Positions 39,446-51,306 of a stretch of DNA of 64,000 bases are shown here, piece by piece. Below the pieces are notes generated by a model. That model worked only from the letters and a program-made list of their open reading frames with translations, made no database searches and was not told the origin of the DNA. The position numbers were made by a program, and so were the translations under genes. Within the stretch, counting starts at the first letter, position 1. Every line of letters starts with the position of its first letter. The stretch is from Macrostomum lignano (taxonomy: Eukaryota). The stretch lies in contig NIVC01001104.1 of assembly GCA_002269645.1 (NCBI GenBank), positions 62,001-126,000 on the forward strand, read 5' to 3'.

Positions 39446-42400
39446 TGCAATATTGCATGCGAGAGAGTGGAGGAAAACAAAGTTTAAATTGAGTAAATGG
39501 CAGGAGCAGCAATGAAAATTTTCTAGACATTAAAACTGAAATCATTACCTTATAACATAAAATAGCCTTGAACAGGCCTAACTTAATTGATATTAATATT
39601 ATTATTATCATAAGGCACGAGTTAAAAGAGACATGAGACAGTGTAATTTTAAACAGACTAGATAACTAGATAATTTTAAGCTTAGGCCTACTTATAGCAA
39701 CCTTAGTTCTTATTGTCATAAGTAGAAAGCAATGGGACAGTATATATTGCACCCCTACAAGCTATATGTATATTAAGGGCATGACTTATGGGGTTTTTGT
39801 AGTAGATAAGATAACCATACTCATCTCACCTTGTATGAGCCAATATTCCTAAGCCAACATTTCTCTAGTAGTAACAAACTATAAACTTCTAGTCTTTATA
39901 TTACTTAATAGTTTTTGTTTTAGCATTATTAAGATAGGTTAGTTAGCTAGATATTTATCCCAAAAGACAAAGTATACAAATAAAGAAATTTGGTTAAGTA
40001 GTATACAACAAAAAACAAACAAAGGAACAAAAATATATCTAAACTGATATAAATTGCACATATTTATTGAGTAGCCCCCTTCCCCTACTAGACTATAACT
40101 TTCATTTTATTTAGGCATAATTTAAAAAACTCTAAGAGTCTAGACCTAGTCACCTAGAAAATGTACTTCCCTAGCTGACTAGCCTGGCTTGGCATCATAG
40201 ACAACATATTGCATGCAATATAAGTATTAGCATGTAGCAATATAGCTATCTATCTATTTCTGTCACTGTAGCCCTCTCTGCTTATGCTTAGAATTTATAA
40301 GTTTGGATACATAGTATATACTAGGCCTATACCTTGATGCCTTAATTGATGTTGCAAACTATGATACACTGTAGTTAAGTGCATGTGCATATTTTGCTAC
40401 TCTTAGGCCTATCAATCTGATGTAGAAAATTTTATAAGCATTCATGGACAATTCCCAATTTATTACTAGCATGTGCATAGTAAGCCTAGGCTATCTTACT
40501 ATCTATTCTAGACCTATAACGCAATTATTTGATATTTGATAAATTGATAATCATATGCTCCAGATGAATGGGTAATTTAAGTAGGCCTCCATTTCACTTA
40601 GCAAATGAACAATAGACTTCACAAAAATTGCGCAACTGTGCCACAGTTTGACCATGACGACCGTCAACTGAGTGAAATTAAGGTAAGATCGAAAAACCAG
40701 ACTTCAGACTTTAAAAGAAGCACAAAATGCTAAGTTTTTATTAGCAACATCAACATTAACACGGCTAGGAAAAATAGAAAAAAAATGAGTGAAATATCAA
40801 GCTCTGATAGATTCTAGGAAGTTTTTTAAACAATTTTTTATGAGTCCTTCATTTAACTGCACGTTACTAACAATTAAAAATTGAATTTGCAATGCGTGCT
40901 GCTTGGACTTCAAAAAATTGATGTCATGTTATTATAATGCAGAATGCAGCCCTGCTCTTAAAGTAAAAAAACCCAATGTATTTTTGTTCTTACAAAGATA
41001 GGCTTAGGTCCATACATGCATAACCTTTCTATTTTAAACCAGCCATTGAGCTTACTTAAAAAATTTCGCTTAGGCCCTAGAAATACTATTATACTAATAC
41101 TAGTCGTTCTTGTTCTAGTTGCAATTTAGTTAGGCTAGCTTCAGTTTTTCGTTAGGCCCTAGCCAGTTAGTGTGCCGCACAAATGCAAAGTAAAAATTGA
41201 TTACATGTAGGATACAACTTGTATTGCATAATAAAATGTGTAAAACCCATGATGTATTGTATCAAGTACAAACAGGCTTATGCAAATTTGTTTAACTTGA
41301 ACTGCAGAATGTTTTGAAAAAGGCAATTGTTATTATTATGCTATGGTGACCATATAAATAGCGAAACCATTTTTTACAGTCAACACATAAGACACTGTCT
41401 GGGCTTAAGGTTTTAACTTAATGTAGGGAAGGGGGCTAACTATATAAATAGCAAAATTGTTATTTTTATGGTCATCATATGTAAGAAGCAAAATGGCTAT
41501 TTTTACAATCATAGAGATAAAAGTTCATTTACATTAATAGTTAATAATTATATAAGTAAGCTTAAAGCTAGCTGTTGGTAACAAGAACTATTATAAGTTA
41601 CTATAGGTCATATAAATAATGTTTCTTTATTTTTTAAACTTAACAACCTCTTATTTTTTGCAGTGCAAGTTTGTTAATTGTCACTTAATTTATATGTTTT
41701 TTATGGGCCTAGGACCAAGACCACACTTGAGGGAGCTAGAGGAGAAATTTGGCTTAATGTGTAATGTTATTAGATAGGCTCCCTAGTGCTAAAAGGAGAT
41801 GAGTAGATAGAAGAGCCAGCAAGATAAGGTTGGGTTGCAAGAAAGGAACCTATGAGAGGAATAGCAATGCTAGAAGATTGGTAGCTCCCCCTTAATCTGG
41901 GTTTTTTGGCCCTTTGAAAATCTTATTCGCAATTGGATTTTTGGCATTAGAGGCCAATCTGGCAACTTCATCTTCCCCATGCCAGTTGCCAACCTCAAAA
42001 AATGATTTTGTAAATATAATAAAAGTGCCATATGAATCAATATGATGGAATTGTTAGTTTGTTATTGTTTGCCATATAGATAGCAATCTTAGAGTTAAGA
42101 GAACAAATTTCTGCCTTTCAAACATAGCCTTGGAAATATCCATCTTCAAGAATTTGGCTAGTTGCCAATGGGCAACCAAAAATAGCTAGGCCTATTGGCA
42201 ACTGGATTTTGAGCCCCAAAGGCTAGCTAGCAACTAGATTTCTAACCTTAAAAAAACCTAGCCTTCAATACCAATAGCTAGTAATAGGCCTAGCTGTGGT
42301 AGTCTTGGTATATGGATAGTCTTATATCTTAGTTATGCGCCATTTTATATGTTAACCTTAAAAATAACCATTGCTTTTTATTTGTATCATCATTGTAACA

Positions 42401-44229
42401 ATAACAACTGCCTTTAAAAAAACAATAAATAAAAATGATTTCCTGAATACTGGGCTTTATGCAATGCAACCAACCTCTTTAGCCTTATCCCAATAATTTC
42501 ATATTGTAGCATCAAATACACAACACAATTTAGATAAGCTAGGACCTAGGCCTAATTGGGTAGACAAATGCAAATGATCCCAATTGCAGCACATAGGCAT
42601 TTTGGTAAGCAGTATCTAGCATAGATCAGCCTGGCATAGTGCGGCGTGGCATGGCACCCAAGGTGAAATTCATTTAGGTAAAACAAATAATGCATTTTGT
42701 ATAAAAAGTAAAAAAATATATGTACATTATATGTAAAACTTCATCAAAATTTTTCTTTGCAATAAAGGAGCTTCAGTAAATTAATATTGGTGCTAGTGTT
42801 ATCTTTGTGTACATTTAAATCCAATGATATATATAATTTTCTGGCAAAAAAATCTACTATTATGTGTGCCTTTCTTGGTGAATTTTTTTTGTTCTGCGCA
42901 CTTGATTTATAAAGTATATCTTGGCATGGTGCAATGTGGCAAAGTGATAAGAGGCAGCAAAAGGTGCAATGTAGTATGGTGAAGCAGTGGGATGTAGACA
43001 AAACAATGTATATGTACATTATAATGTGTTTTTTCTATATAAAAAAATCTGCCTTGTGTGCCTTCCCCCTAAATCTCCCACTGGGTGCAATATGGCAAAG
43101 TGAAGTGCTTCTCTACCTATCTAAAATCTTTATTTAGGTGCCATTGCGGCACAGTTAGGGTAGGTGTCTGGGGCATCTGGCACCTAAGCCATGCACTATA
43201 ATAAGGCAAAAGATTAACATTACTATATCTAGACCTAATGCAAAAGGCTATGAAGAAGTTAGGGCCTATGACAAGTTTATGCCAAAATCTAGAGCTAGTG
43301 TCAAAGAGATTCAAAATATTTTGTCCTAGATAATTGCCACTGAAAACCTTATAAAAAAGAAACTTTGATTTCAACCAATAATACTGAGTTTTATTGTATA
43401 AAATTATAGTATTTGTCTATAATTAGAACATTAGAATTAGCTAAAAACTAGATCAAAAAGAGTGATTGACATGACATGATAAAATATGTGTTAATTATAA
43501 ACGTTAAAAGTTGGCAAAAATACTCAAACTATCATCTCACTCTTTATAACTACAAAAATATAGACCTATAAACATATTGAACAATTGTACTAATCAGCAA
43601 ATTATCTATCTAGTTCATCTAAAATACCAATCATAAATATTATCAAAATCTAGAATAGGCTAGGCCTAGGCCTAATAAGTATTTAGCAGTGCATAAGTGG
43701 TATAAGGACGATTTTATTTTAGTTCTATAATACTTTAGCTTTTTGCATTGTGCATAAAAGTGTACAAAGTGAGTGTCCTATATTTAGTATATTCAGTAGA
43801 TCTTATCTTTATTTTATTGTCTATATGTAAATTCTAGAGTAATATATATATTTATGGATCATACTTAAATAGCAATGCTAAAAGTATAAAGCTGGAATAA
43901 AATTATCAAATTTCATTTTTAATCCTAGTAAATTCTCATTTTTGTTAGGCCTACCTTTAGCCTTAAGCTTTAGATTTCTTTATTCTATATCCAATGCGTG
44001 GGTTTCTTAATGCAAATGAGAAATTTGGAGTCTCAACTGACTCTGCTGCTTTATAATTGACCTTGGCAAGACTCAAATGGGCAATTAACTTGGCTTGAGT
44101 CCCTTAGGAAAATTTTGTATAACAGAGGTCTTATAATTAGATCTAGAAAAATAAATAAGCAGATATACAGTATTCCGAAAGAATCAATAAGAACTGCATA
44201 ATATCCTCCCAATCGCGCACATATTGCAG

Positions 44230-45903
44230 GCAAAAACTCGCATTGTTGGTCGCGAAGTGGAGTTTGCTCGGCTTCGCCAATTGCTGGAACAGCCTCCCGA
44301 GTCCACGGTGTCCTTTGTACACCTGTGGGGCCCGCCGGGCTGTGGCAAGACCCTTCTGGCCGAGGCTGCGCTATCCGGCCTGCCTCACCTGCGGCTCACC
44401 TGCACCGAGTCGGCTGGCAGCGTCAGGAAGCTGGTAGACTTCATCATTCACCTGGCTTCCAGCGGGGATGGCTGCTCCAGGAGGCCTGATCCCGCAGACG
44501 ACTGGGCCAGCGCTCTTGGCTGCTGCCTCCGGCCCGGAGACTGGCTCGCTCTGGACGACGCCGAGCGTCTGGCCGAGTCCGCCGATGGCAAAATACTGGC
44601 CGCCCTGATGAGAATCCGCCAGCTGACTGGCGCTCGTCTGCTGCTGGTTGGCCGCCTGCCCTGGACCAGCTACGCCAGGGGCTGCGCCGCCGCGGCCGCC
44701 GCCTCTGCCTATTGGTTTGTTTGCTTGTGTTTAGTTGCTTGGGGCGAGTTTCCCAGATCCTCAGTTGCTGCTAGGGGCGAGTTTCCCAGATCCTCAGTTG
44801 CTGGGGGCGAGTTTCCCAGATCCTCAGTTGCTGGGGGCGAGTTTCCCAGATCCTCAGTTGCTGGGGGCGAGTTTCCCAGATCCTCAGTTTCTGGGGGCGA
44901 GTTTCCCAGATCCTCAGTTGCTGGGGGCGAGTTTCCCAGATCCTCAGTTGCTGGGGGCGAGTTTCCCAGATCTTCAGTTGCTGGGCCAGCCTCCCAGATC
45001 CTCAGTTGCTGGGCCAGCCTCCCAGATCCTCAGTTGCTGGGCCAGCCTCCCAGATCCTCAGTTGCTGGGCCAGCCTCCCAGATCCTCAGTTGCTGGGCCA
45101 GCATCTCAGATCGTCAGTCGGTGAGCCAGCTATCCCAAATCCCAAATCGCATCTGCCCCCGCAGCCTCCACCTGCCGGCCTACACCAAGCCGCAGCTGGT
45201 GGACATTGTGTCAGCTGGCCTACCTGGCGGCGACCGCGACCCCATCGTCCAGATGGCCGTCGACATCGCTTTCCCGATGACGCGGCAGCCCGCACTCATC
45301 GCTGAGGCCGTCGCCTCCTGCCGGTCCGCCTGCTCCGCTAGTAGCGGTGGCGGCAAGATCAAAGCGATCCTGTGCTCCCATCTGCGCGGCCTGCTGACTC
45401 CGCTGACGTCTCCAGTCGCATCGGCTGCGCTGACTGGCGTCGGGGGCGTGAAGCAGCAGCAGCAGCAGTTTGCCGACCTGCCGCTGCTCAGCCGCTTCCT
45501 CCTTCTGGCCGCCTTCCTGTGCACCCGCGTGCCGCCCTCTCACGATCGCCGAATGTTCGCCTTCAACTCCGGTCGCCGGCAGAAGCCTCGGAAGAAGCAG
45601 AAAAAGCCGGCTGCAGTAGCCGCCGCCGCCGCTATGGAGGCCCTGGCCGTCCGACCGGTGCCGCTGGAACGCCTGCTGAACATCTGTCGGGTGATCTCGC
45701 GAGAGTCGCAGGTCTTCGACGCCACCGCCGCCCTGCCCTGCCTGGTCGATCTGGTCCGCCTGGGCTTCCTTGCTGCCGCGGCGCCGACCCGAGACCGGCT
45801 GGCCAATCCGCGATTTCGCTGCCTGCTGAGCGAGGAGGCCGCCAACAGGCTTGCCGACCTGTGCGAGTTCTGTTTAGTTGCTTATACTAAGGCTGACTTT
45901 TAG
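44230..45903 (+). CDS. ORC5: Origin recognition complex subunit 5, 2 exons, start codon not in this exon
   Basis: Acceptor TTGCAG at 44229. Exons 44230-44714 and 45165-45903 (phase-2 intron, TG|GTTTGT...CCGCAG|C). IVGRE, Walker A GPPGCGKT, LHLPAYT, SRFLLLAAFL, PVPLERLL and PRFRC match ORC5. Confidence 0.9.
   Translation, partial: AKTRIVGREVEFARLRQLLEQPPESTVSFVHLWGPPGCGKTLLAEAALSGLPHLRLTCTESAGSVRKLVDFIIHLASSGDGCSRRPDPADDWASALGCCLRPGDWLALDDAERLAESADGKILAALMRIRQLTGARLLLVGRLPWTSYARGCAAAAAASAYWFVCLCLVAWGEFPRSSVAARGEFPRSSVAGGEFPRSSVAGGEFPRSSVAGGEFPRSSVSGGEFPRSSVAGGEFPRSSVAGGEFPRSSVAGPASQILSCWASLPDPQLLGQPPRSSVAGPASQILSCWASISDRQSVSQLSQIPNRICPRSLHLPAYTKPQLVDIVSAGLPGGDRDPIVQMAVDIAFPMTRQPALIAEAVASCRSACSASSGGGKIKAILCSHLRGLLTPLTSPVASAALTGVGGVKQQQQQFADLPLLSRFLLLAAFLCTRVPPSHDRRMFAFNSGRRQKPRKKQKKPAAVAAAAAMEALAVRPVPLERLLNICRVISRESQVFDATAALPCLVDLVRLGFLAAAAPTRDRLANPRFRCLLSEEAANRLADLCEFCLVAYTKADF
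44745..45110. repeat. 28-nt family locus 2 (with a 30-nt variant), ORC5 intron
   Basis: About 7 units of CAGTTGCTGGGGGCGAGTTTCCCAGATCCT followed by CAGTTGCTGGGCCAGCCTCCCAGATCCT units. Confidence 0.95.
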
Positions 45904-45931
45904 GCTTTGGGGAGGTTTGATTTGGGGAAGC

Positions 45932-47480
45932 TCTAATCCGATCATAATTAAAGGAATCCAGATCCCCTAATCCGATTATAATTAATGGAATCTAGATAGC
46001 CTAATCCGATCATAATTAAAGGAATCGAGATCCCCTAATCCGATCATAATTAAAGGAATCCAGATCCCCTAATCCGATCATAATTAAAGGAATCCAGATC
46101 CCCTAATCCGATCATAATTAATGGAATCCAGATCCCCTAATCCGATCATAATTAATGGAATCCAGATCCCCTAATCCGATCATAATTAATGGAATCCAGA
46201 TCCCCTAATCCGATCATAATTAAAGGAATCCAGATCCCCTAATCCGATCATAATTAATGGAATCCAGATCCCCTAATCCGATCATAATTAAAGGAATCCA
46301 GATCCCCTAATCCGATCATAATTAAAGGAACCCAGATCCCCTAATCCGATCATAATTAAAGGAATCCAGATCCCCTAATCCGATCATAATTAAAGGAATC
46401 CAGATCCCCTAATCCGATCATAATTAAAGGAATCCAGATCCCCTAATCCGATCATAATTAATGGAATCCAGATCCCCTAATCCGATCATAATTAAAGGAA
46501 TCTAGATCCCCTAATCCGATCATAATTAAAGGAATCTAGATAGCCTAATCCGATTATAATTAAAGGAATCGAGATCCCCTAATCCGATTATAATTAATGG
46601 AATCCAGATCCCCTAATCCGATCATAATTAAAGAATCTAGATCCCCTAATCCGATCATAATTAAAGGAATCCAGATCCCCTAATCCGATCATAATTAAAG
46701 GAATCTAGATAGCCTAATCCGATTATAATTAAAGGAATCCAGATCCCCTAATCCGATCATAATTAAAGGAATCGAGATCCCCTAATCCGATCATAATTAA
46801 AGGAATCCAGATCCCCTAATCCGATCATAATTAAAGGAATCCAGATCCCCTAATCCGATCATAATTAAAGGAATCGAGATCCCCTAATCCGATCATAATT
46901 AAAGGAATCTAGATAGCCTAATCCGATCATAATTAAAGGAATCGAGATCCCCTAATCCGATCATAATTAAAGGAATCCAGATCCCCTAATCCGATCATAA
47001 TTAAAGGAATCTAGATAGCCTAATCCGATTATAATTAAAGGAATCCAGATCCCCTAATCCGATCATAATTAAAGGAATCGAGATCCCCTAATCCGATCAT
47101 AATTAAAGGAATCTAGATAGCCTAATCCGATTATAATTAAAGGAATCCAGATCCCCTAATCCGATCATAATTAAAGGAATCGAGATCCCCTAATCCGATC
47201 ATAATTAAAGGAATCCAGATCCCCTAATCCGACTATAATCAATAGGAATCCAGATCCCTTAATCCCATTATGATCAATGTGAATCTAGATCCCCTAATCC
47301 TATTATGATCAATGTGAATCTAGATCCCCTAATCCTATTATGATCAATGGGAATCCAGATCCCCCAATCCTATTATGATCAATGGGAATCCAGATCCCCT
47401 AATCCCACTATGATCAATAGAAATCCAGATTCCATAATCCCATCATAATCAATAGGAATCCAGATCCCCTCATCACATTG
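45932..47480. repeat. 34-nt minisatellite (TAATCCGATCATAATTAAAGGAATCCAGATCCCC), about 1.5 kb
   Basis: Array starts about 30 nt after the ORC5 stop and degenerates at its right end. Confidence 0.97.
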
Positions 47481-48009
47481 TAAACAAGAAAAATATCCAT
47501 TCCATAATCCAGTTCTTTTAACTGTTTCTTCAGACCCTCCAATTTGATTTCCTTAATCCTTAACAAAGATCTAAATGTATGTTAGGCTACATACTTAACT
47601 GTTTTCATCTTGCATACTTTAGACAGCATTTTATTAACTTAGTAAAATTGCATTTCTACTTTAATATCATGGTGCAATTAACAGCTGAATTTATCTTATT
47701 GCCAAATAAACTTTGTCATCAAAATTCTTGATGACGATGCATTCGATGCATTACATACCATTCATGTAATGGTATGTAATGCATCGCTACTTTTGCCGCG
47801 GTGAAATATAAGTACATTTGGAATTATAATTCCTATTTACGCCCCTAAACCCGTCATCATAAGTAGTACTTGAACGTACAAATTTCTCCAAGACTGCTTC
47901 CTTTGTTGGTGATCTAATTTGCAAAAATAAGGACCAAATTAGATTACGTATATTTTGATGTGCAAAGAGGCTTGTATGTTTGTGAACTATATATGGCCGC
48001 CACCCTCCC

Positions 48010-48350
48010 GGATCTTGGAAGCCAGCCTCCCAGATCCTTAGTTGCTGGGCCAGCCTTACAGAGTGTCAGTTGCTGGGCCAGCCTCCCAGATCCTTAGTTG
48101 CTGGGCCAGCCTCCCAGATCCTCAGTTGCTGAGCCAGGCTCCCAGATCCCCAGTTGCTGGGCCAGCCTTCCAGATCCCCAGTTGCTGGGCCAGCCTCCCA
48201 GAGTGTCAGTTGCTGGGCCAGCCTCCCGGATACTCAGTTGCTGGGCCAGCCTCCCAGATACTCAGTTGCTGGGCCAGCCTCCCAGATACTCAGTTGTTGG
48301 GCCAGCCTCCCAGATCCCCAGTAGCTGGGCCAGGCTCCCAGATCCCCACT
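48010..48350. repeat. 28-nt family locus 3
   Basis: CAGTTGCTGGGCCAGCCTCCCAGA units, intergenic. Confidence 0.95.
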
Positions 48351-49544
48351 GTCTGGGCACCTGTGTCTGCATTCAGTTAAGCGGTACGAGCTATTGCAGA
48401 TGAAAAGAATGAACCAGAGGCGGCCTGCAGGTGATTGATGTCTCACTGTTTAATTAAAACAGTAATTGGGCACCGCACAACTTTAGTGAATATACGTTAA
48501 AAAAAATTTATATTTTAAAGCAAACAGCTATTAATTCGATTTTGTAGGTTCAACCAAAACTTAGCTACATATAGTAGCTATCTGATAGAATAAGGTAATA
48601 ACAATAATAAGCACGCTGATCAGGAATATATGTTCATGAATAAAAAACTGGCAGTTTTGTCTAGCTACTATACATTTAGAGAGTAGAAAAAAAGGTTTTT
48701 AATATTTAAAATTTCTACAAAAAGTCTACAAATGAACGAATTCTCATAATCATTGTATGTAAATTGTGATACTAGATCGGGCATTTAGTGGCTGAAAAGA
48801 TTAACAAACAATGAAACGCTACAGTATCCTTGTATTTATAGTATGTTCAGCTATGAATAACCGCATTGATAGATTAATAGATACAAATGTCGATACTATA
48901 CCTATACCAGGATATTACGCGTATGATATTAATTATAAAAACTTTTATTTGATGCTCTACTGATAGTAGAAATATAGGGAAATGCGTTGACAATAAGAAA
49001 CAATGAAAATGTGTTGAATACTGTACTTTCAAAAATAATAGTTCTTTATTAGTTCCAACTCAAAAATCGGGCATTATCTAAGATAATAAATAGCACCTTC
49101 TTAAGGAATAATTTTTTTCTAGGAAGACGTCGGAGATAGTGACCACTTGAATATAGCACTTATAGGAAATCTGTAATAGCACATAAACAATGAATTCTTT
49201 CTTAGAAATTCACGAGCGGTGAACTAGCACAAATGTAAAATATATAGTCAGTCAATTACAGAATTACGTAAACGCTCGTAAAAGTCATGCTTTCAAATCG
49301 AAATCATGCATGCCATTACTTTTTAAATCTAAATAGTAAAGCCTGTCTTTACTCTTTATAGATCCAGTGGGGCATGCAGTTCGATCGGAGGAGGCCGTCC
49401 AAAGGGCGACAATATTTGGTGTATTGATGGGCGCCCTGTCATTTCGCCTGTTTCCTCAGTCGCGCACTGCACCCCTCTTAATTATCCACCCTAAACCCCC
49501 TGATTTAAATATTTTTCATAAATACGCTCGTAGACTTGTAAACC

Positions 49545-49845
49545 AATGATAATTGATAAAACCTGCCCCAATTGGGCCAGATGTGCAACTGACAGCTCAG
49601 CCGCAGCCATTGCGCGGCGCATCTGAAGGCTGCGTACGGCTGTTCAGTCCAAGTACTGGGGGGTCGCCACACACAGTCTCAATTACCCCAGCTAATGCTG
49701 GCACCCATTTTACAGTTGGGTGAACTGAAGCAATGCAGAGTAAGTGTCTTGCTCAAGGACACAAATTGTTCCGAGTGGGTCGGGAATCGAACCCCCGACC
49801 TTTCAATCGTAATTCCGACGCTCTAATCACTGGGCTATAACCCCC
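49545..49845 (-). mobile_element. tRNA-derived SINE, copy 2
   Basis: The reverse complement aligns by eye to 35559-35858 (GGTTCGATTCCCG, GTCCTTGAGCAAGACACT, TGTAAAATGGG, GCGGCTGAGCTGTC). Confidence 0.85.
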
Positions 49846-50005
49846 TGTTACCCAATTACTCTAATATACTAATTATTTCACTTATTAGATTTTATTAGAT
49901 TTCGCTACATATCGCCCGGACATGCTCAGGATTTCAATGAATTCTAATAAAAAATCAAAAAAGTTCTCAACAGCTACTTATTAGCTTGAAGCCTCATTTT
50001 AATCG

Positions 50006-51306
50006 TCAAAAGGGATGCTTGAAACCGTCACCGCCGTAGCCTGGGGGGTAAGCCGGTGCTCCGTAATGGCGCTGCTGCGGCTGCTGCTGCATCTGAAACT
50101 GCATCTGCTGAGCCGACTGTCCAGTAGTAATGGAGCCCCTATAGGAGGCTGACAGCGGATGCTGCAGATGTCCGGTAGTGGCCGATTTTAATGCCGAAGA
50201 ATGCTGCTGAGAGAACACGGCTGTATTCGCGGCGGCTTTCGCCTGACGAACGCCTGCCACGGGGCTCGGACTGCGGGCTGCGCGCTTACCCAACCTGGTC
50301 GAAGATGAAGCTGGCGGAGGCTGGCTGTGCCGCATATCTTGCAAGTAAAGGCTTGTCTGCTGCTGCTGCTGCTGGAATTGCTGCTGCAGGTGTGGCAAGT
50401 GGCTCTGCACCTCCTTCTGGCGCTCCTTCTGGACTGACTCCTCGGCAAAGACCTCCTTGAAGCGGCTGAACAGCTTGCTCTTCTCTTTGCGCAGTTTTTC
50501 GAGGCGGCCTTGGAGTCGCTCTACCTTTCAGCGGGTACAGGACACGTGGTGTTGGGCCAGAGGTGAATGCTCAGGCTACGCTACCGCCACCCTCCCAAAT
50601 CCTCCGTTGCTGGGCCAGCCTCCCAGATCCTCAGTTGCTGGGCCAGCCTCCCAGAGTGTCAGTTGCTGGGCCAGCCTCCCAAAGTGTCAGTTGCTGAGTC
50701 AGCCTCCCAGACTGTCAGTTGCTGGGCCAGCCTCCCAGATCCCCAGTTGCTGGGCCAGCCTCCCAGAGTGTCAGTTGCTGGGCCAGCCTCCCAGAGTGTC
50801 AGTTGCTGGGCCAGCCTCCCAGATCCTCAGTTGCTAAGCCACCCTCCCAGATCCTCAGTTGCTGGGCCAGCCTCTCAGATCCTCAGTTGTTGGGCCAGCC
50901 TCCCAGATACTCAGTTGCTAGGCCAGCCTCCTAGATCCCCAGTTGTTGGGAGAGCCTCCCAGATCCTCATTTTTTGGGTCACCTTCCAAGTTCCAGTCCT
51001 CAGTTGCTGGGCCGCCGTCCCAGATCCTCAGTTTCTGCGCCAGCCTCCCAGATATTCAGTTGCTCACCTTCCCAAATTCTCTTAGAATGACAAATTAAAA
51101 GCTTGCAGGCTCCCAACCTCATCTTTGGTCTTTCTCAACGACTGCAGCGTCTGCCTGCGGAGTTCCTCCCGCTCTGCTCGCAGCCGCTGATTGGTGGCGT
51201 CAAGCATTTTCATGTCGGCGTCCTTCTTGCGCTGGCGGACGATGTGCCGCTTCAGCGATTGGTACATCGCCTGAGACATTTTCGGTCGGTCATACATCAG
51301 AGGCAT
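50006..51306 (-). CDS. GPS2: G protein pathway suppressor 2 homologue, 235 aa, 2 exons
   Basis: Exons 51306-51118 and 50524-50006 (phase 0). MPLMYDRPKMSQAMYQSLKRHI...TKDEVERLQGRLEKLRKEKSKLFSRFKEVFAEE matches the GPS2 N-terminal coiled coil, followed by a Q/P/S-rich tail. Confidence 0.88.
50600..51060. repeat. 28-nt family locus 4, GPS2 intron
   Basis: CAGTTGCTGGGCCAGCCTCCCAGA(TCCT/GTGT) units. Confidence 0.95.
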
